Positions 9,778 through 20,257 of a stretch of 64,000 nt of DNA are shown in pieces. The stretch covers positions 224,001 through 288,000 of the forward strand of contig JAWLBL010000004.1 in NCBI GenBank assembly GCA_041687695.1, in the 5' to 3' direction. The notes beneath the pieces are model-generated. The model saw only the letters and a program-made list of their open reading frames with translations, searched no databases and was not told the DNA's origin. The stretch comes from Myxococcota bacterium. GTDB lineage: Bacteria; Myxococcota_A; UBA9042; PHBI01; JAWLBL01. The translations under genes and the position numbers were made by a program. Numbering within the stretch: the first letter of the stretch is position 1; each line of letters begins with the position of its first letter.

Positions 9778-10251
9778 CTAGCGGCCGGAGGTCGGCTCGG
9801 AGGCGCCCGCCTCGAGCGAGGCGATGCGATCCAGGATGCCGTTGATGAACGCGCTCGAGTCCTCGGAGCCGTAGCGCTTGGCGATCTCGATGGCCTCGTT
9901 GAGCGTGACCTTGGGCGGGATGTCCGGCATGTGGCGCAGCTCGAAGGTGGCCATCCGCAGGAGGTTGCGGTCGACCATCGCCATGCGCGGGACCTTCCAG
10001 TTGGTCGAGCACCGGCCCAGCACGGCGTCGATCTCGGCCAGGTGGGCCATGACGCCGCGGACCAGCGTCTCGGCGAAGTCCTGCACCTCGTCGTCGCCGC
10101 GGGCGAGCTGGCTCAGGTCTTCGTCGTCGCTCTCGTCCTCGCTGGCGCGCGCGCGCATGTCGCCGATCGCGTCGTCGAGCGAGCGGCTGCCGAACTCGAG
10201 GCCGTAAAGGGTCTGCAGGGCCAGCTCACGGGCGCGGCGTCGGTTGCCCAC
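9778..10251 (-). CDS. nusB: Transcription antitermination factor NusB
   Basis: RRRARELALQTLY, DRNLLR, NEAIEIAKRYG, FINGILD; follows ribH. Confidence 0.95.
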   Translation of the reverse strand: MGNRRRARELALQTLYGLEFGSRSLDDAIGDMRARASEDESDDEDLSQLARGDDEVQDFAETLVRGVMAHLAEIDAVLGRCSTNWKVPRMAMVDRNLLRMATFELRHMPDIPPKVTLNEAIEIAKRYGSEDSSAFINGILDRIASLEAGASEPTSGR

Positions 10252-10263
10252 GGTGCACCTCTC

Positions 10264-10731
<468 letters not shown>

Positions 10732-10781
10732 AACGGGCCTCCTGTCAGGGCTCGGGCGGTCGCTCCAGCGAGCGGGTCGGG

Positions 10782-10811
10782 GTTATACGGGGAGCCAACG
10801 AGCGGGGTCAA
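10782..10811 (-). promoter_or_regulatory. Putative sigma70 promoter for ribH-nusB
   Basis: TTGACC-18nt-TATAAC on minus strand. Confidence 0.5.
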
Positions 10812-10845
10812 CTGCGGGATGGCGCCCCAAGGCCGGGGCGACCCC

Positions 10846-12456
10846 TCAGGGCGTGAGGGTGAGCGTCGCCATCTTGCTGGTGGTGGTCGAGATCTGGGGG
10901 TTGTTGAGCGTGCACTCCTCGCCCTTGTCGTTCTTGTAGGGCGCGGTGTGCGCGGGCCCGTTGAAGCGCACCTCGAACTTGCCGTCGGGCAACGTGGTGA
11001 CCTCGCGCACCAGCCCCTCGCCGAAGGCGTGGAAGTCCTGGAACTGGATCTTGTCCAGGTTGCCCCAGGTCTCGAAGTACACCCGGTCGCCCACTTCGAA
11101 CCCGGTCACCACGCCGCGCAGCGTCACGTTCATGCTCGAGGTCACGTTCGTCCCCTCGAAGTACGCCCCGTCGAAGGTCACGTCCGCCCACGACTGGCCG
11201 AAGTCCTCGGTGCCGGGCTTCTTCGGGCTGCCGCAGTAGGGCACGGCCGTGATGGGGATGATGAAGCGCGCCTGCTTGGGCGTGAACGGCTTGCCCGCCC
11301 AGACGCGCTCGTAGGACAGCGGCCACGTCTCGTCGGGCTTGTTCTCCTGGTTGGTCCGCAGGCGCGCGCCCGTGCCCGCCAGCGCGGCGTCCCCGGCGGC
11401 GACGGCCTCGGCCAGGGTCGCCTCGCCCCCGAGCCACGCGTCGAAGAAGGCCTCCGTGGCGGCCAGGAGCTTCGTCACGTCGGCGCCGCCCTCGACGCCG
11501 ACCACCAGCCGGCCCGGACCCGACACCTTGGCCCACACCGAGCCGCCGTCCGGCTGCCCCTCGGACCCGTCCGAGTAGCTGTGGCTGGCCGCGAGGAACA
11601 GCACCCCGGGGCCGCCCGCCACGTTGCTCGCCCACTCGGACCCGGCGCCCAGCAGATCGCGCACGTACGTCGCGTCGCCGAACCCGCCGCGGTTCACCGT
11701 CAGGCCCACCGTGCGATAGGTCGGCCCCTGGGTGCTGGTGACCTCGCCGACGCCCTGGGTCAGCCAGACCACCGCGTCCATCAGATCCAGCGTCGCGAAC
11801 GCCTCGTGCACGTCCACCTCGCGCGCGTACTGCACCTCGGTGACCTCGTGGAACCCGCCGTGCCGGGTCGCCGCCCCGGTCACCGCCGCCAGCCGCGTCC
11901 CGAACGCGTCGCCGAAGGTGTTGAGCGCCACGAAGCGCCGCGTCTCGAAGTCGATGTCGGGCAGCGCCGCCTTGTCCAGCGCCAGCCCCGCGGCCAGCGT
12001 CGTCTTGTTGGCCAGCTCGTGCCCGTCCAGCACCTTGCGCAGCGCCGGCCGCCCCACCGGCCGGACCTCGAGGTCGGAGCCGTCCGCCGCCTCCCAGCTC
12101 AGGCCGCTCGCCGTCCGCGTCTGCACGGCGGACACGCAGTCGTCCCCATCGCAGTGCCGCACCGCCGCCCGGCCGTCGCTGGCCTCGGCCCAGTGGACCA
12201 CCCGCCCCTCGTCGTCCTCGACCCGCCCGGCGACCGTCAGGGTCATCCCGGCCGCCACCGCGCCCAGCGCCGGGTCGGCGGCGGCCTCGGCCTCGAAGTC
12301 GGCGAGCTCGATGCGCTCTTGCACGGTCAGGGCCGCGCTCGGCAGCGCGTCCGCGTCGGACCCGGTCTTGGTGTCGGCGTCACCACCTCCGTCGCCGCCG
12401 CAGGCGGGCAGCGAGAGGGCGAGCAGCGTGGCGAGGCGAGTGGCGGTCGTGCGCAT
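10846..12456 (-). CDS. Hypothetical lipoprotein (536 aa) lying between ribE and ribH
   Basis: Lipobox LPAC, Gly/Asp linker, GC3-biased codon usage; no family recognised. Confidence 0.75.
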   Translation of the reverse strand: MRTTATRLATLLALSLPACGGDGGGDADTKTGSDADALPSAALTVQERIELADFEAEAAADPALGAVAAGMTLTVAGRVEDDEGRVVHWAEASDGRAAVRHCDGDDCVSAVQTRTASGLSWEAADGSDLEVRPVGRPALRKVLDGHELANKTTLAAGLALDKAALPDIDFETRRFVALNTFGDAFGTRLAAVTGAATRHGGFHEVTEVQYAREVDVHEAFATLDLMDAVVWLTQGVGEVTSTQGPTYRTVGLTVNRGGFGDATYVRDLLGAGSEWASNVAGGPGVLFLAASHSYSDGSEGQPDGGSVWAKVSGPGRLVVGVEGGADVTKLLAATEAFFDAWLGGEATLAEAVAAGDAALAGTGARLRTNQENKPDETWPLSYERVWAGKPFTPKQARFIIPITAVPYCGSPKKPGTEDFGQSWADVTFDGAYFEGTNVTSSMNVTLRGVVTGFEVGDRVYFETWGNLDKIQFQDFHAFGEGLVREVTTLPDGKFEVRFNGPAHTAPYKNDKGEECTLNNPQISTTTSKMATLTLTP

Positions 12457-12507
12457 CGTACTTCCAGCAGGGGGTCACCGCGGGCCGGGCCGGCCAGCGC
12501 GCGGCAG

Positions 12508-12536
12508 AACATAGCGGCCCCCGCGCGGGCAATCAA
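12508..12536 (-). promoter_or_regulatory. Putative sigma70 promoter for the inserted lipoprotein gene
   Basis: TTGATT-17nt-TATGTT on minus strand. Confidence 0.45.
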
Positions 12537-12558
12537 CGCGCGCCGACCTCGGTCGACC

Positions 12559-13200
12559 TCAGGTGAACCCGTGCTTGGCCAGCTTCTCGAGGGTGAGGCC
12601 CCCGCCCCCGCCGAGCCGCCCGAGCGAGCGCGCGACGTACTTGCCGATGACGTCGGTCTCGACGTTGACCGGCGCCCCAACGGGCAGCGCGCCCAGGGTG
12701 GTGTGCGCGGCCGTGTGCGGCACGACCGCGATGGTGACCCGGGGCTCGGCGAGCCGCGCGATGGTCAGGCTGACGCCGTCGAGCGCGATCGAGCCCTTGT
12801 CGATGACGCTGTCCATCAGCTCCGCCGGGATCTCGAAGGTCAGCTCCCAGCCATCCCCGGCGCGCTCGCGCTGCACGAAGCGGCCCACGCCGTCCACGTG
12901 CCCCTGCACCATGTGGCCGCCCAGCCGGTCGCCCACCCGCAGCGCCAGCTCCAGGTTGACGGCCTGCCCCGCGCGCGCCGTCCCGAAGGTCGTGCGCGAC
13001 AGCGTCTCGGGGCTGAGGTCGGCCTCGAAGCTGCCCTTGCCGAAGGCCACCGCCGTCAGGCAGCAGCCGTTGACCGCGACGCTGTCGCCGAGGGCGACCT
13101 GCCCCAGATCCAGCCGCGTCTCGATCCTGGCCCGCGCGCCCTGAGCGTGCCGCTGCAGACTCGCCAGCTTGCCGACGTCGGCGATGATGCCGGTGAACAT
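12559..13200 (-). CDS. ribE: Riboflavin synthase (alpha type)
   Basis: MFTGII N-terminus, GDSVAVNGCCLT, RLGGHMVQGHVD, KGSIALDGVSLT, VNVETD. Confidence 0.97.
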   Translation of the reverse strand: MFTGIIADVGKLASLQRHAQGARARIETRLDLGQVALGDSVAVNGCCLTAVAFGKGSFEADLSPETLSRTTFGTARAGQAVNLELALRVGDRLGGHMVQGHVDGVGRFVQRERAGDGWELTFEIPAELMDSVIDKGSIALDGVSLTIARLAEPRVTIAVVPHTAAHTTLGALPVGAPVNVETDVIGKYVARSLGRLGGGGGLTLEKLAKHGFT

Positions 13201-13201
13201 C

Positions 13202-14338
13202 TCACCCCTCCTGGGCGGCCGGATACGCCGTCACCGCCACATCGGCGCCCAGGCGCCGCACGTCCGCCACGGTCATGCGCGGCGCCTCGCCCGGCGCCCC
13301 CAGCCCCAGCGGCCCGACCGCCGCCACGCCGTCCGCTCCCATCACGAGCGGCGCCAGATACAGCTGCAGCTTGTTGACGAGCCCGCCCTTCAAGAGCGAG
13401 CCGGCCAGCCGCCCGCCGCCCTCGACCAGCAGCGACGTCACCGGGCGCCCCGCGCGTCGCCCCAGCCGCTCCATCAGCGGCCCCAGCGCCACCCGCCCGT
13501 CGTCGCCCGGCAGCGACCAGACCTCGGCGCCCAGCGCCTCGACCCGCGCGACCCGCGGATCGTCCGGCGGCAACGCCGTGGCCACGACCACGCCCACCTC
13601 GGCCGCGCCATGGAACAGCCGCGCGGTCGGCGGCACGCGCAGGCTCGAGTCGACCACGACCCGCACCGGCTGCCGGACCTCGCCCCACGCGGGCGCGTAG
13701 TCCCGCACGTCCAGCCTCGGGTCGTCCGCCAGGGCCGTCGCGCTGCCGACCATGACCGCGTCGCAGCTCGCGCGCAGCGCGTGCACCTCGGCGCGCGCCT
13801 CGGGCCCGGTGATCCAGCGGCTGACCCCGCCGGCCGCCGCGATGCGCCCGTCCAGGCTGGTCGCCAGCTTCAGCGTCAAGAAGGGCGTCCGCGCGACGAT
13901 CCAGTGGTTGAACGTCTCGTTGAGCGCGGCGCACTCGGCCTCGAGCACGCCCGCGACCACCTCGACCCCGGCCTCGCGCAGCCGCGCGAGCCCCTGACCG
14001 GCCACCATCGGGTTCGGGTCCCCCGCGCCGACCACGACCCGCCGCACCCCCGCCGCGATCACCGCCTCGGTGCACGGCCCGGTCCGCCCGGTGTGGCAGC
14101 ACGGCTCGAGCGTGACGTACAGCTCGGCCCCGCGCGCCGCCTCGCCCGCGGCCCGCAGGGCGTGCACCTCGGCGTGCGGCTCGCCGGCCCGCTCGTGGTA
14201 GCCCTCGCCGATGAGGCGCCCCTCGCGCACGACGACGGCGCCGACCATGGGGTTGGGGCTGGTGGTCAAGCGCCCCCGCCCGGCGAGCGCGAGAGCCCGC
14301 GCCATCCACTCCCGGTCGTCCGGCCGGGCCGCGCTCAC
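13202..14338 (-). CDS. ribD: Bifunctional diaminohydroxyphosphoribosylaminopyrimidine deaminase/reductase RibD
   Basis: PNPMVGAV, HAE, TLEPCCHTGRTGPC, SLDGRIA, EGGG; GTG start overlaps nrdR stop (GTGA). Confidence 0.95.
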   Translation of the reverse strand: MSAARPDDREWMARALALAGRGRLTTSPNPMVGAVVVREGRLIGEGYHERAGEPHAEVHALRAAGEAARGAELYVTLEPCCHTGRTGPCTEAVIAAGVRRVVVGAGDPNPMVAGQGLARLREAGVEVVAGVLEAECAALNETFNHWIVARTPFLTLKLATSLDGRIAAAGGVSRWITGPEARAEVHALRASCDAVMVGSATALADDPRLDVRDYAPAWGEVRQPVRVVVDSSLRVPPTARLFHGAAEVGVVVATALPPDDPRVARVEALGAEVWSLPGDDGRVALGPLMERLGRRAGRPVTSLLVEGGGRLAGSLLKGGLVNKLQLYLAPLVMGADGVAAVGPLGLGAPGEAPRMTVADVRRLGADVAVTAYPAAQEG

Positions 14339-14823
14339 GACCCGCTCTCGCCGCCCGCCTCGGCGGCCCGCGCCTCCAGGGCGCGCAGCTCGTCCATGAA
14401 CTCGCCGACGCTGCCGAACGACCGATAGACCGAGGCGTAGCGGACGTACGCCACGGCGTCCAGCTCGTACAGGAAGGCCAGCACGCGCTCGCCGATCTCG
14501 GCCGAGCGGATGGAGCGTCCCGGCAGGACCGCCAGGCGCGCCTCGAGCTGGTCGACGAAGCCCGTCAGGGCCTCGATGGGGATCGGCCGCTTCTTGCACG
14601 CGATGCGCAGGCTGCGCAGGATCTTGTCGCGGTCGAAGGGCTCGCTGCGCCCATCCTTTTTGACCACGTCGGCCAGCATCTCCTCGATGGCCTCGTAGGT
14701 CGTGAAGCGCTGGGCGCAGGCGTCGTTCGAGCACTCGCGCCGCCGCCGGATGGCGCGTCCGTCGCGGGCGGTGCGCGAGTCGATGACCCGGCTGTCGAGC
14801 GAGCCGCAGAACGGGCAGCGCAT
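14335..14823 (-). CDS. nrdR: Transcriptional repressor NrdR
   Basis: MRCPFC…VIDSR…RRRREC…RFTTYE, ATP-cone, VAYVRYASVYR. Confidence 0.97.
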   Translation of the reverse strand: MRCPFCGSLDSRVIDSRTARDGRAIRRRRECSNDACAQRFTTYEAIEEMLADVVKKDGRSEPFDRDKILRSLRIACKKRPIPIEALTGFVDQLEARLAVLPGRSIRSAEIGERVLAFLYELDAVAYVRYASVYRSFGSVGEFMDELRALEARAAEAGGESGS

Positions 14824-14826
14824 CGG

Positions 14827-15309
14827 CTACTCCCGCCGCCCGGACTCGTCCCGCTCCATGGCCGAGATGAGGTCGAGGCGGCGCTGGTGGCGCTCCTCGA
14901 AGGGGGTGTCGAGCCACGCGTCGACCAGCTCGACGGCGTACTCGGGCGCCATCAGGCGTCCCCCGAGGCACAGCACGTTGGCGCGGTTGTGCATCGCGGC
15001 CATCCGCGCGGTGTACGGGTCGTGGACCAGCGCCGCGCGGATGCCCGGGACCTTGTTGGCGACGATGGACACGCCGATGCCCGTGCCGCAGGCGAGGACG
15101 CCCAGGTTCACCTGGCCGTCCGCCACGGCGCGGGCCACGCGCTCGGCCAGCAGCGGGTAGTCGACCGACTCGCCGTCGGCCGGGCCCACCTCGTCGACCT
15201 CGAACCCGCGGGCGCGGAGGTGACGGGCCACGGCGCCGCGCACGGCGATGGCCGCGTGATCGCTGCCGACCTGGATGCGGGGGACGCCGGGCGTCGCTTC
15301 CTTCGTCAT
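14827..15309 (-). CDS. rpiB: Ribose-5-phosphate isomerase B
   Basis: GSDHA, SVDYP, CGTGIGVSIVANKVPGIRAA, HNRANVLCLG, RHQRR. Confidence 0.95.
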   Translation of the reverse strand: MTKEATPGVPRIQVGSDHAAIAVRGAVARHLRARGFEVDEVGPADGESVDYPLLAERVARAVADGQVNLGVLACGTGIGVSIVANKVPGIRAALVHDPYTARMAAMHNRANVLCLGGRLMAPEYAVELVDAWLDTPFEERHQRRLDLISAMERDESGRRE

Positions 15310-15328
15310 TCGCCGCGCCGCGCCGCCG

Positions 15329-15550
15329 CTACTCGAGCGACCCGGACTCGTCGGTCAGCTCGGGCAGCTCGGCCGCCACGGGGACCGCGACGCGCCCGCG
15401 ATAGAAGCCGCAGGACCCGCAGACGCGGTGCGGCAGGTTGTCGGCGCCGCAGTTGTCGCAGATGGCGACCTGGGGCAGCGTGATCTTGTCGTGGTGCGCG
15501 CGGCGCATGTCGCGACGCGAGCGGCTCTTCTTAGTCTGGGGTACTGCCAC
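15329..15550 (-). CDS. rpmF: 50S ribosomal protein L32 (Zn-ribbon, C+ form)
   Basis: (M)AVPQTKKSRSRRDMRRAH, CDNC…HRVCGSCGFY; GTG start at 15550. Confidence 0.92.
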   Translation of the reverse strand: MAVPQTKKSRSRRDMRRAHHDKITLPQVAICDNCGADNLPHRVCGSCGFYRGRVAVPVAAELPELTDESGSLE

Positions 15551-15599
15551 GGGAGCCTCCGGTAGGCTGCGAACCAAGGGAGCGACGGCCGGGCGGCCG

Positions 15600-16154
15600 T
15601 CAGTTGAGCTTGAAGTCCTTGAGCTTGGACCAGCGCGGGTCGGCGTCCTCGCCGGTGCTCGTCCAGACGGGCGCGTCGGCCTCGTCGGCCTCGTCCTCGG
15701 CGCCCTCCTCGGGGCGGCCGCCGATGACGGGGTAGGGATCCTGGGCGAGGACGATCTCCTCGCGGATGAGCGGCTCGAGATCGATCTCGCGGCCGGCGAA
15801 GGTGTAGGGCTCGTCCTCGACCGCGTCGGCGTCGAGGCCGTCCCCGAGGTTCATGGCGTGGCGGCCGGCGGGCTGGAACAGCTCGCTGACGCGCGCGTCG
15901 ACGGACAGGGTCCCGGGCTCGAGCGTGCGGCTGCACGCGAAGCTGAGCTCGACCTGCAGGCGGCCCTCGACGAAGAGGTTGTCGCCCATGCGACGCACGT
16001 CGAGGGCCACGCGGAGCGGCCCGGTCGCCTTGTACGGCGGCAGGAGCGACTCGGCGAGCCAGTCGACGCCGAGCTCGCCGCGGACGGGCTTGCCGGCGTC
16101 GGGGATCTCGTCCACGTTGAGGACGAGCGAGATGCGGGGATCCTGTGACTTCAT
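15600..16154 (-). CDS. YceD/DUF177 family protein
   Basis: CSRTL, IDLEPLIREEIVLA, C-terminal DPRWSKLK; directly upstream of rpmF. Confidence 0.85.
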   Translation of the reverse strand: MKSQDPRISLVLNVDEIPDAGKPVRGELGVDWLAESLLPPYKATGPLRVALDVRRMGDNLFVEGRLQVELSFACSRTLEPGTLSVDARVSELFQPAGRHAMNLGDGLDADAVEDEPYTFAGREIDLEPLIREEIVLAQDPYPVIGGRPEEGAEDEADEADAPVWTSTGEDADPRWSKLKDFKLN

Positions 16155-16216
16155 GGCCTCGTGACCTCATCCAGAGCCCGCGCGCGGCGGGTCCCCCCGG
16201 ATGCTAGAGGGGCGGG

Positions 16217-16245
16217 ACTATAGGGATGGCCCCGGCGGCGGTCAA
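16217..16245 (-). promoter_or_regulatory. Putative sigma70 promoter of the yceD-rpmF-rpiB-nrdR-rib operon
   Basis: TTGACC-17nt-TATAGT on minus strand. Confidence 0.6.
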
Positions 16246-16325
16246 TGCTTCGATTGCGTCCTCATCGCGTGTCCGGCGCGGCGGGCAAGGGGCCGGTCGA
16301 CGGGGCCGAGAGCGCGGCCGGTTCC

Positions 16326-16506
16326 GAGGCCGAGGCCGGGTCCGTGGCCGGTTGCCGTGGCCGAGGCGGTGGCGGTGGCCGAGGCCGGGTCCGTGGCCGA
16401 GGCGGTGGCGGTGGCGGTGGCCGAGGCCGGGGCCGTGGCCGAGGCGGTGGCGGTGGCCGAGGCCGAGGCCGTGGCCGTGGCGGTGGCCGTGGTCGTGGCC
16501 GTGGCG
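16326..16506. repeat. Degenerate hexamer microsatellite (GWGGCS)n
   Basis: About 30 units of gtggcc/gaggcc/gtggcg/gaggcg in a divergent intergenic region. Confidence 0.85.
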
Positions 16507-16647
16507 GAGCGGTTCGCTCGGACGCGGCGGATCCGGTCCGGAGGGCCGGCGCGCTTCCTTGCAATCGGGCCGGGGCGGTCGCAAAGTGCGGACCACGCCC
16601 GACCTGCCACGGGTCGCCGCCGAATGGGCCCATCGTGGGGAGCTTGC

Positions 16648-17391
<744 letters not shown>

Positions 17392-17494
17392 GCCGGCGTA
17401 CGGCGAGTGGGGACGCGGCGCGCGCTCGGACCCGAGCCGCGCCGACGATGCGGTGACCCGGGGCCGACGGGCACGCGCGAGGAGCTGGGTGGCG

Positions 17495-19273
17495 ATGAGG
17501 GTGATGTCGCGAGGCCGGACCGCGCTGGCGGTGGCCCTGGTGCTGTTGGTGGCGGCGTTCGGGATCGGGGTGACCAGCGGCGCGCGCGCCGACGCGTCCA
17601 AGCCCAAGGCGGCCGTGGCGCCGGCCCACCCCGACGGGCCGGGGATCGCGTGCTCCAGCCCGCAGGACGCCGTCCGGGGCCTGCTGCACTGGCTCCAGCC
17701 CGAGACCTTCGAGCCCGGCAAGGCGGCGCTCTGTCAGGATCGCGGCCGGCTGAAGGCACCCGACGAGGAGGGCCCACGCCTGGCCCGGCAGCTCAAGGAG
17801 ATCCTCGACGCGCGCGGCCTCCGGATCGCCTGGGAGGCGATCCCCAACGACCCCGACCACGTGGACCGCGAGGGGCTGCCCGTCTACGACCTGGTCCCGA
17901 CCCAGATCCAGGGGATCCGCCTCGTCAAGCGCGGCGAGCGATGGCTGTTCTCGGCCGACACGCTGGCCCTGGTCCCGGCGCTGCACGCCGACACCTTCCC
18001 CGCCGACGTCACGCGGCTCATCGACGCCCTGCCGGACTGGGCGCGCGCCTCGCTGTTCCGCGTCCAGGTCTGGCAGTGGCTCGGCCTGGCCTTCCTGGTC
18101 CTGCTCGCCCTCGTCATCCGCCGCCTGGTCGTGCGCGGCGCCGTGCGTTGGCTCTCCCGCGGCGCCTCGCGCCTGCAGCGCCTGGACTGGGTCGAGGACG
18201 CGGCCCGACGCGCCAGCGGTCCCATCGGCGGTCTGGTCCTGGCCGGCGTCGTCTCGTTCGGCCTGCCGCTGCTGCAGCTGCCCATCACCTTGTCGTCCAA
18301 GCTGCGCCTGGGCGCCTTCCTGCTCGCCGCCTTCGGCGTCATCATCCTGGCCTTCCGCGCCATCGATCTCTTCTCCGAGCGCCTGCAGCGCCGCGCCGCC
18401 GCCACCGACAGCCGCCTCGACGACCAGCTCGTCCCCATCATCAAGAAGAGCCTCAAGGTCGTCGTCGGCGTCCTCGGCCTCCTCTCCATCCTCCAGAACC
18501 TCGACGTCGACGTCGACTCGCTCATCGCCACCCTCGGCATCGGCGGCCTCGCCTTCGCCCTCGCCGCCAAGGACACCCTGTCCAACTTCTTCGGCTCGAC
18601 GATGATCTTCATCGACAAGCCCTTTCAGATCGGTGACTTCGTCACCATCGGCGGCAACGTCTCGGGCACGGTCGAGGAGGTCGGCTTCCGCACCTCGCGC
18701 CTGCGCGTCTCCGACGGCTCGCTCATCACCATCCCCAACGCGCGCATGACCGACACCCACGTGCAGAACCTGGGCGCGCGCCCCAACCGCCGCTACGAGT
18801 TCACCGTCGGCCTGACCTACGCGACCACCCCCGAGCAGATGCACGCCTTCTGCGAGGGCGTCGCCGCGCTCATCGAGGCCCACCCAGGCACGCTCAAGGG
18901 CGGCAAGCACCTCGTGCGCTTCGTCGGCTTCGGCGCCTCGTCGCTGGACGTCATGGTCCGCTGCTGGTTCGACACCCGGGACTTCAACGCCGAGCAGAGC
19001 TGCAAGCACCTGCTCAACCTCGAGGTCCTGCGCCTCGTCGAGGCCCTGGGGCTGTCCTTCGCCTTCCCCAGCCAGTCGCTGTACGTCGAGTCGATGCCGC
19101 GCGAGGCCGCGCCCCTGCGCGAGACGCGCGACCCCCTGGCCATCGCCCGCGCGTTCGGGCCGGGCGGCGACCAGAGCCGCTACGACGCCTGGCGCCTGTC
19201 GGGCATGGTCCTGCCAGAGCCGCCCGCAGCGCCGCCGGCCCCAGCCGAGCCCGAGGCCAAGCCCGTCAGCTGA
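17495..19273 (+). CDS. MscS-family mechanosensitive channel with N-terminal periplasmic domain
   Basis: LGIGGLAFALAAKDTLSNFFG, DKPFQIGD, GTVEEVGFRTS, TIPN, FAFPSQ. Confidence 0.92.
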   Translation: MRVMSRGRTALAVALVLLVAAFGIGVTSGARADASKPKAAVAPAHPDGPGIACSSPQDAVRGLLHWLQPETFEPGKAALCQDRGRLKAPDEEGPRLARQLKEILDARGLRIAWEAIPNDPDHVDREGLPVYDLVPTQIQGIRLVKRGERWLFSADTLALVPALHADTFPADVTRLIDALPDWARASLFRVQVWQWLGLAFLVLLALVIRRLVVRGAVRWLSRGASRLQRLDWVEDAARRASGPIGGLVLAGVVSFGLPLLQLPITLSSKLRLGAFLLAAFGVIILAFRAIDLFSERLQRRAAATDSRLDDQLVPIIKKSLKVVVGVLGLLSILQNLDVDVDSLIATLGIGGLAFALAAKDTLSNFFGSTMIFIDKPFQIGDFVTIGGNVSGTVEEVGFRTSRLRVSDGSLITIPNARMTDTHVQNLGARPNRRYEFTVGLTYATTPEQMHAFCEGVAALIEAHPGTLKGGKHLVRFVGFGASSLDVMVRCWFDTRDFNAEQSCKHLLNLEVLRLVEALGLSFAFPSQSLYVESMPREAAPLRETRDPLAIARAFGPGGDQSRYDAWRLSGMVLPEPPAAPPAPAEPEAKPVS

Positions 19274-19295
19274 CCCGCGCCCGGCCGGGCGCCGC

Positions 19296-20147
19296 TCAGC
19301 CCCGGAAGACCCGCACCTTCTTCAGGGTGACCGGGTCCTTCGGGGTCACCGCGCTCTTCTGCCCCGGCCGTGGCGGCAGCTTCTCGCCGCTGGAGATGGT
19401 CCGGACGACGTCCAGATCCTCGCACTTGCCGAAGGCCGTGTACTTCTTGGCCAGGTTCTTGTCCGCGCGCAGCGTGATGAAGAGCTGGCTGCCGTGCGTG
19501 TCGTCGCCCGCGTCGACCATCGCCAGCACGCCCGCCTGCGCGAAGGCGTCGGCGACGCCGGCCTCGCGCGGCACCGTCCAGCCGGGTCCGCCCGTGCCCG
19601 TCGCCGCCGGGTTGCCGGTCTGGATGATGAAGTTGCTGACCGCGCGGTGGAACGTCAGGCCGTCGTAGAACGGCGTCGACATCAGCTCGCGCGTGTCGGG
19701 GTCGCGCCACGGCCGCTGCGCCGTCGCCAGGGCCACGAAGTTGGCCACCGTCTGCGGCGCGGCGTCGGGCGCCAGCGTGCACCGGATGGTGCCGGCCTCG
19801 GTCTCGAAGGCGACCTTCAGATCCGCGCCGGCGCCCTCGACCTTGCCCAGGATGCTGGCGATCTCGGAGTCGCCGTAGGTCACGCGATCGACGCCGCGCG
19901 GGGCGGCCACGGCGCGCTTCTTCGACGCCCCGAAGGCCGAGCGGGGGGAGCGGGCCGGGGCGGCGGGAGCGGCGCGGGGCTTGGCGGCCACCGCGCCGGA
20001 CTGCGCGCGCGCTCGCGCCGCTTCGACCTTGGCCTCGAGGCCGGGGTCCCGGGGCGCCGCGCAGGCGGCGAGGAGGGCGGCCCCCGACAGGGCCACCAAG
20101 GCGGCCCCCGACAGGGCCACCGCGGAGAGTCGGGCTCGCATGGTCAT
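19296..20147 (-). CDS. Cyclophilin-type peptidyl-prolyl cis-trans isomerase, predicted lipoprotein
   Basis: APQTVANFVALA, FYDGLTFHR, FIIQTG, GTGGPG, GVLAM, GSQLFIT, YTAFG; lipobox LAAC. Confidence 0.9.
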   Translation of the reverse strand: MTMRARLSAVALSGAALVALSGAALLAACAAPRDPGLEAKVEAARARAQSGAVAAKPRAAPAAPARSPRSAFGASKKRAVAAPRGVDRVTYGDSEIASILGKVEGAGADLKVAFETEAGTIRCTLAPDAAPQTVANFVALATAQRPWRDPDTRELMSTPFYDGLTFHRAVSNFIIQTGNPAATGTGGPGWTVPREAGVADAFAQAGVLAMVDAGDDTHGSQLFITLRADKNLAKKYTAFGKCEDLDVVRTISSGEKLPPRPGQKSAVTPKDPVTLKKVRVFRG

Positions 20148-20257
20148 GGTTCGGGCTCGCGTCGAGGTCACTCGCGGCTCAACCGCGCGGGGCCCGGATG
20201 ATTCCGGCCCGCCGCGGCGCCCGTCAACCTTTGCGCGCCCGGCGTCGGGCCCGTCCG

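Noticed and set aside
16547..16563. sigma54-like site GGCGCGCTTCCTTGC
   Set aside because: GG-to-GC spacing is 11 nt rather than the required 10
16201..16647. VAEAVA-repeat N-terminal extension of the 16201-17391 ORF
   Set aside because: It overlaps the divergent promoter and the microsatellite; protein-like sequence and an RBS start at 16648
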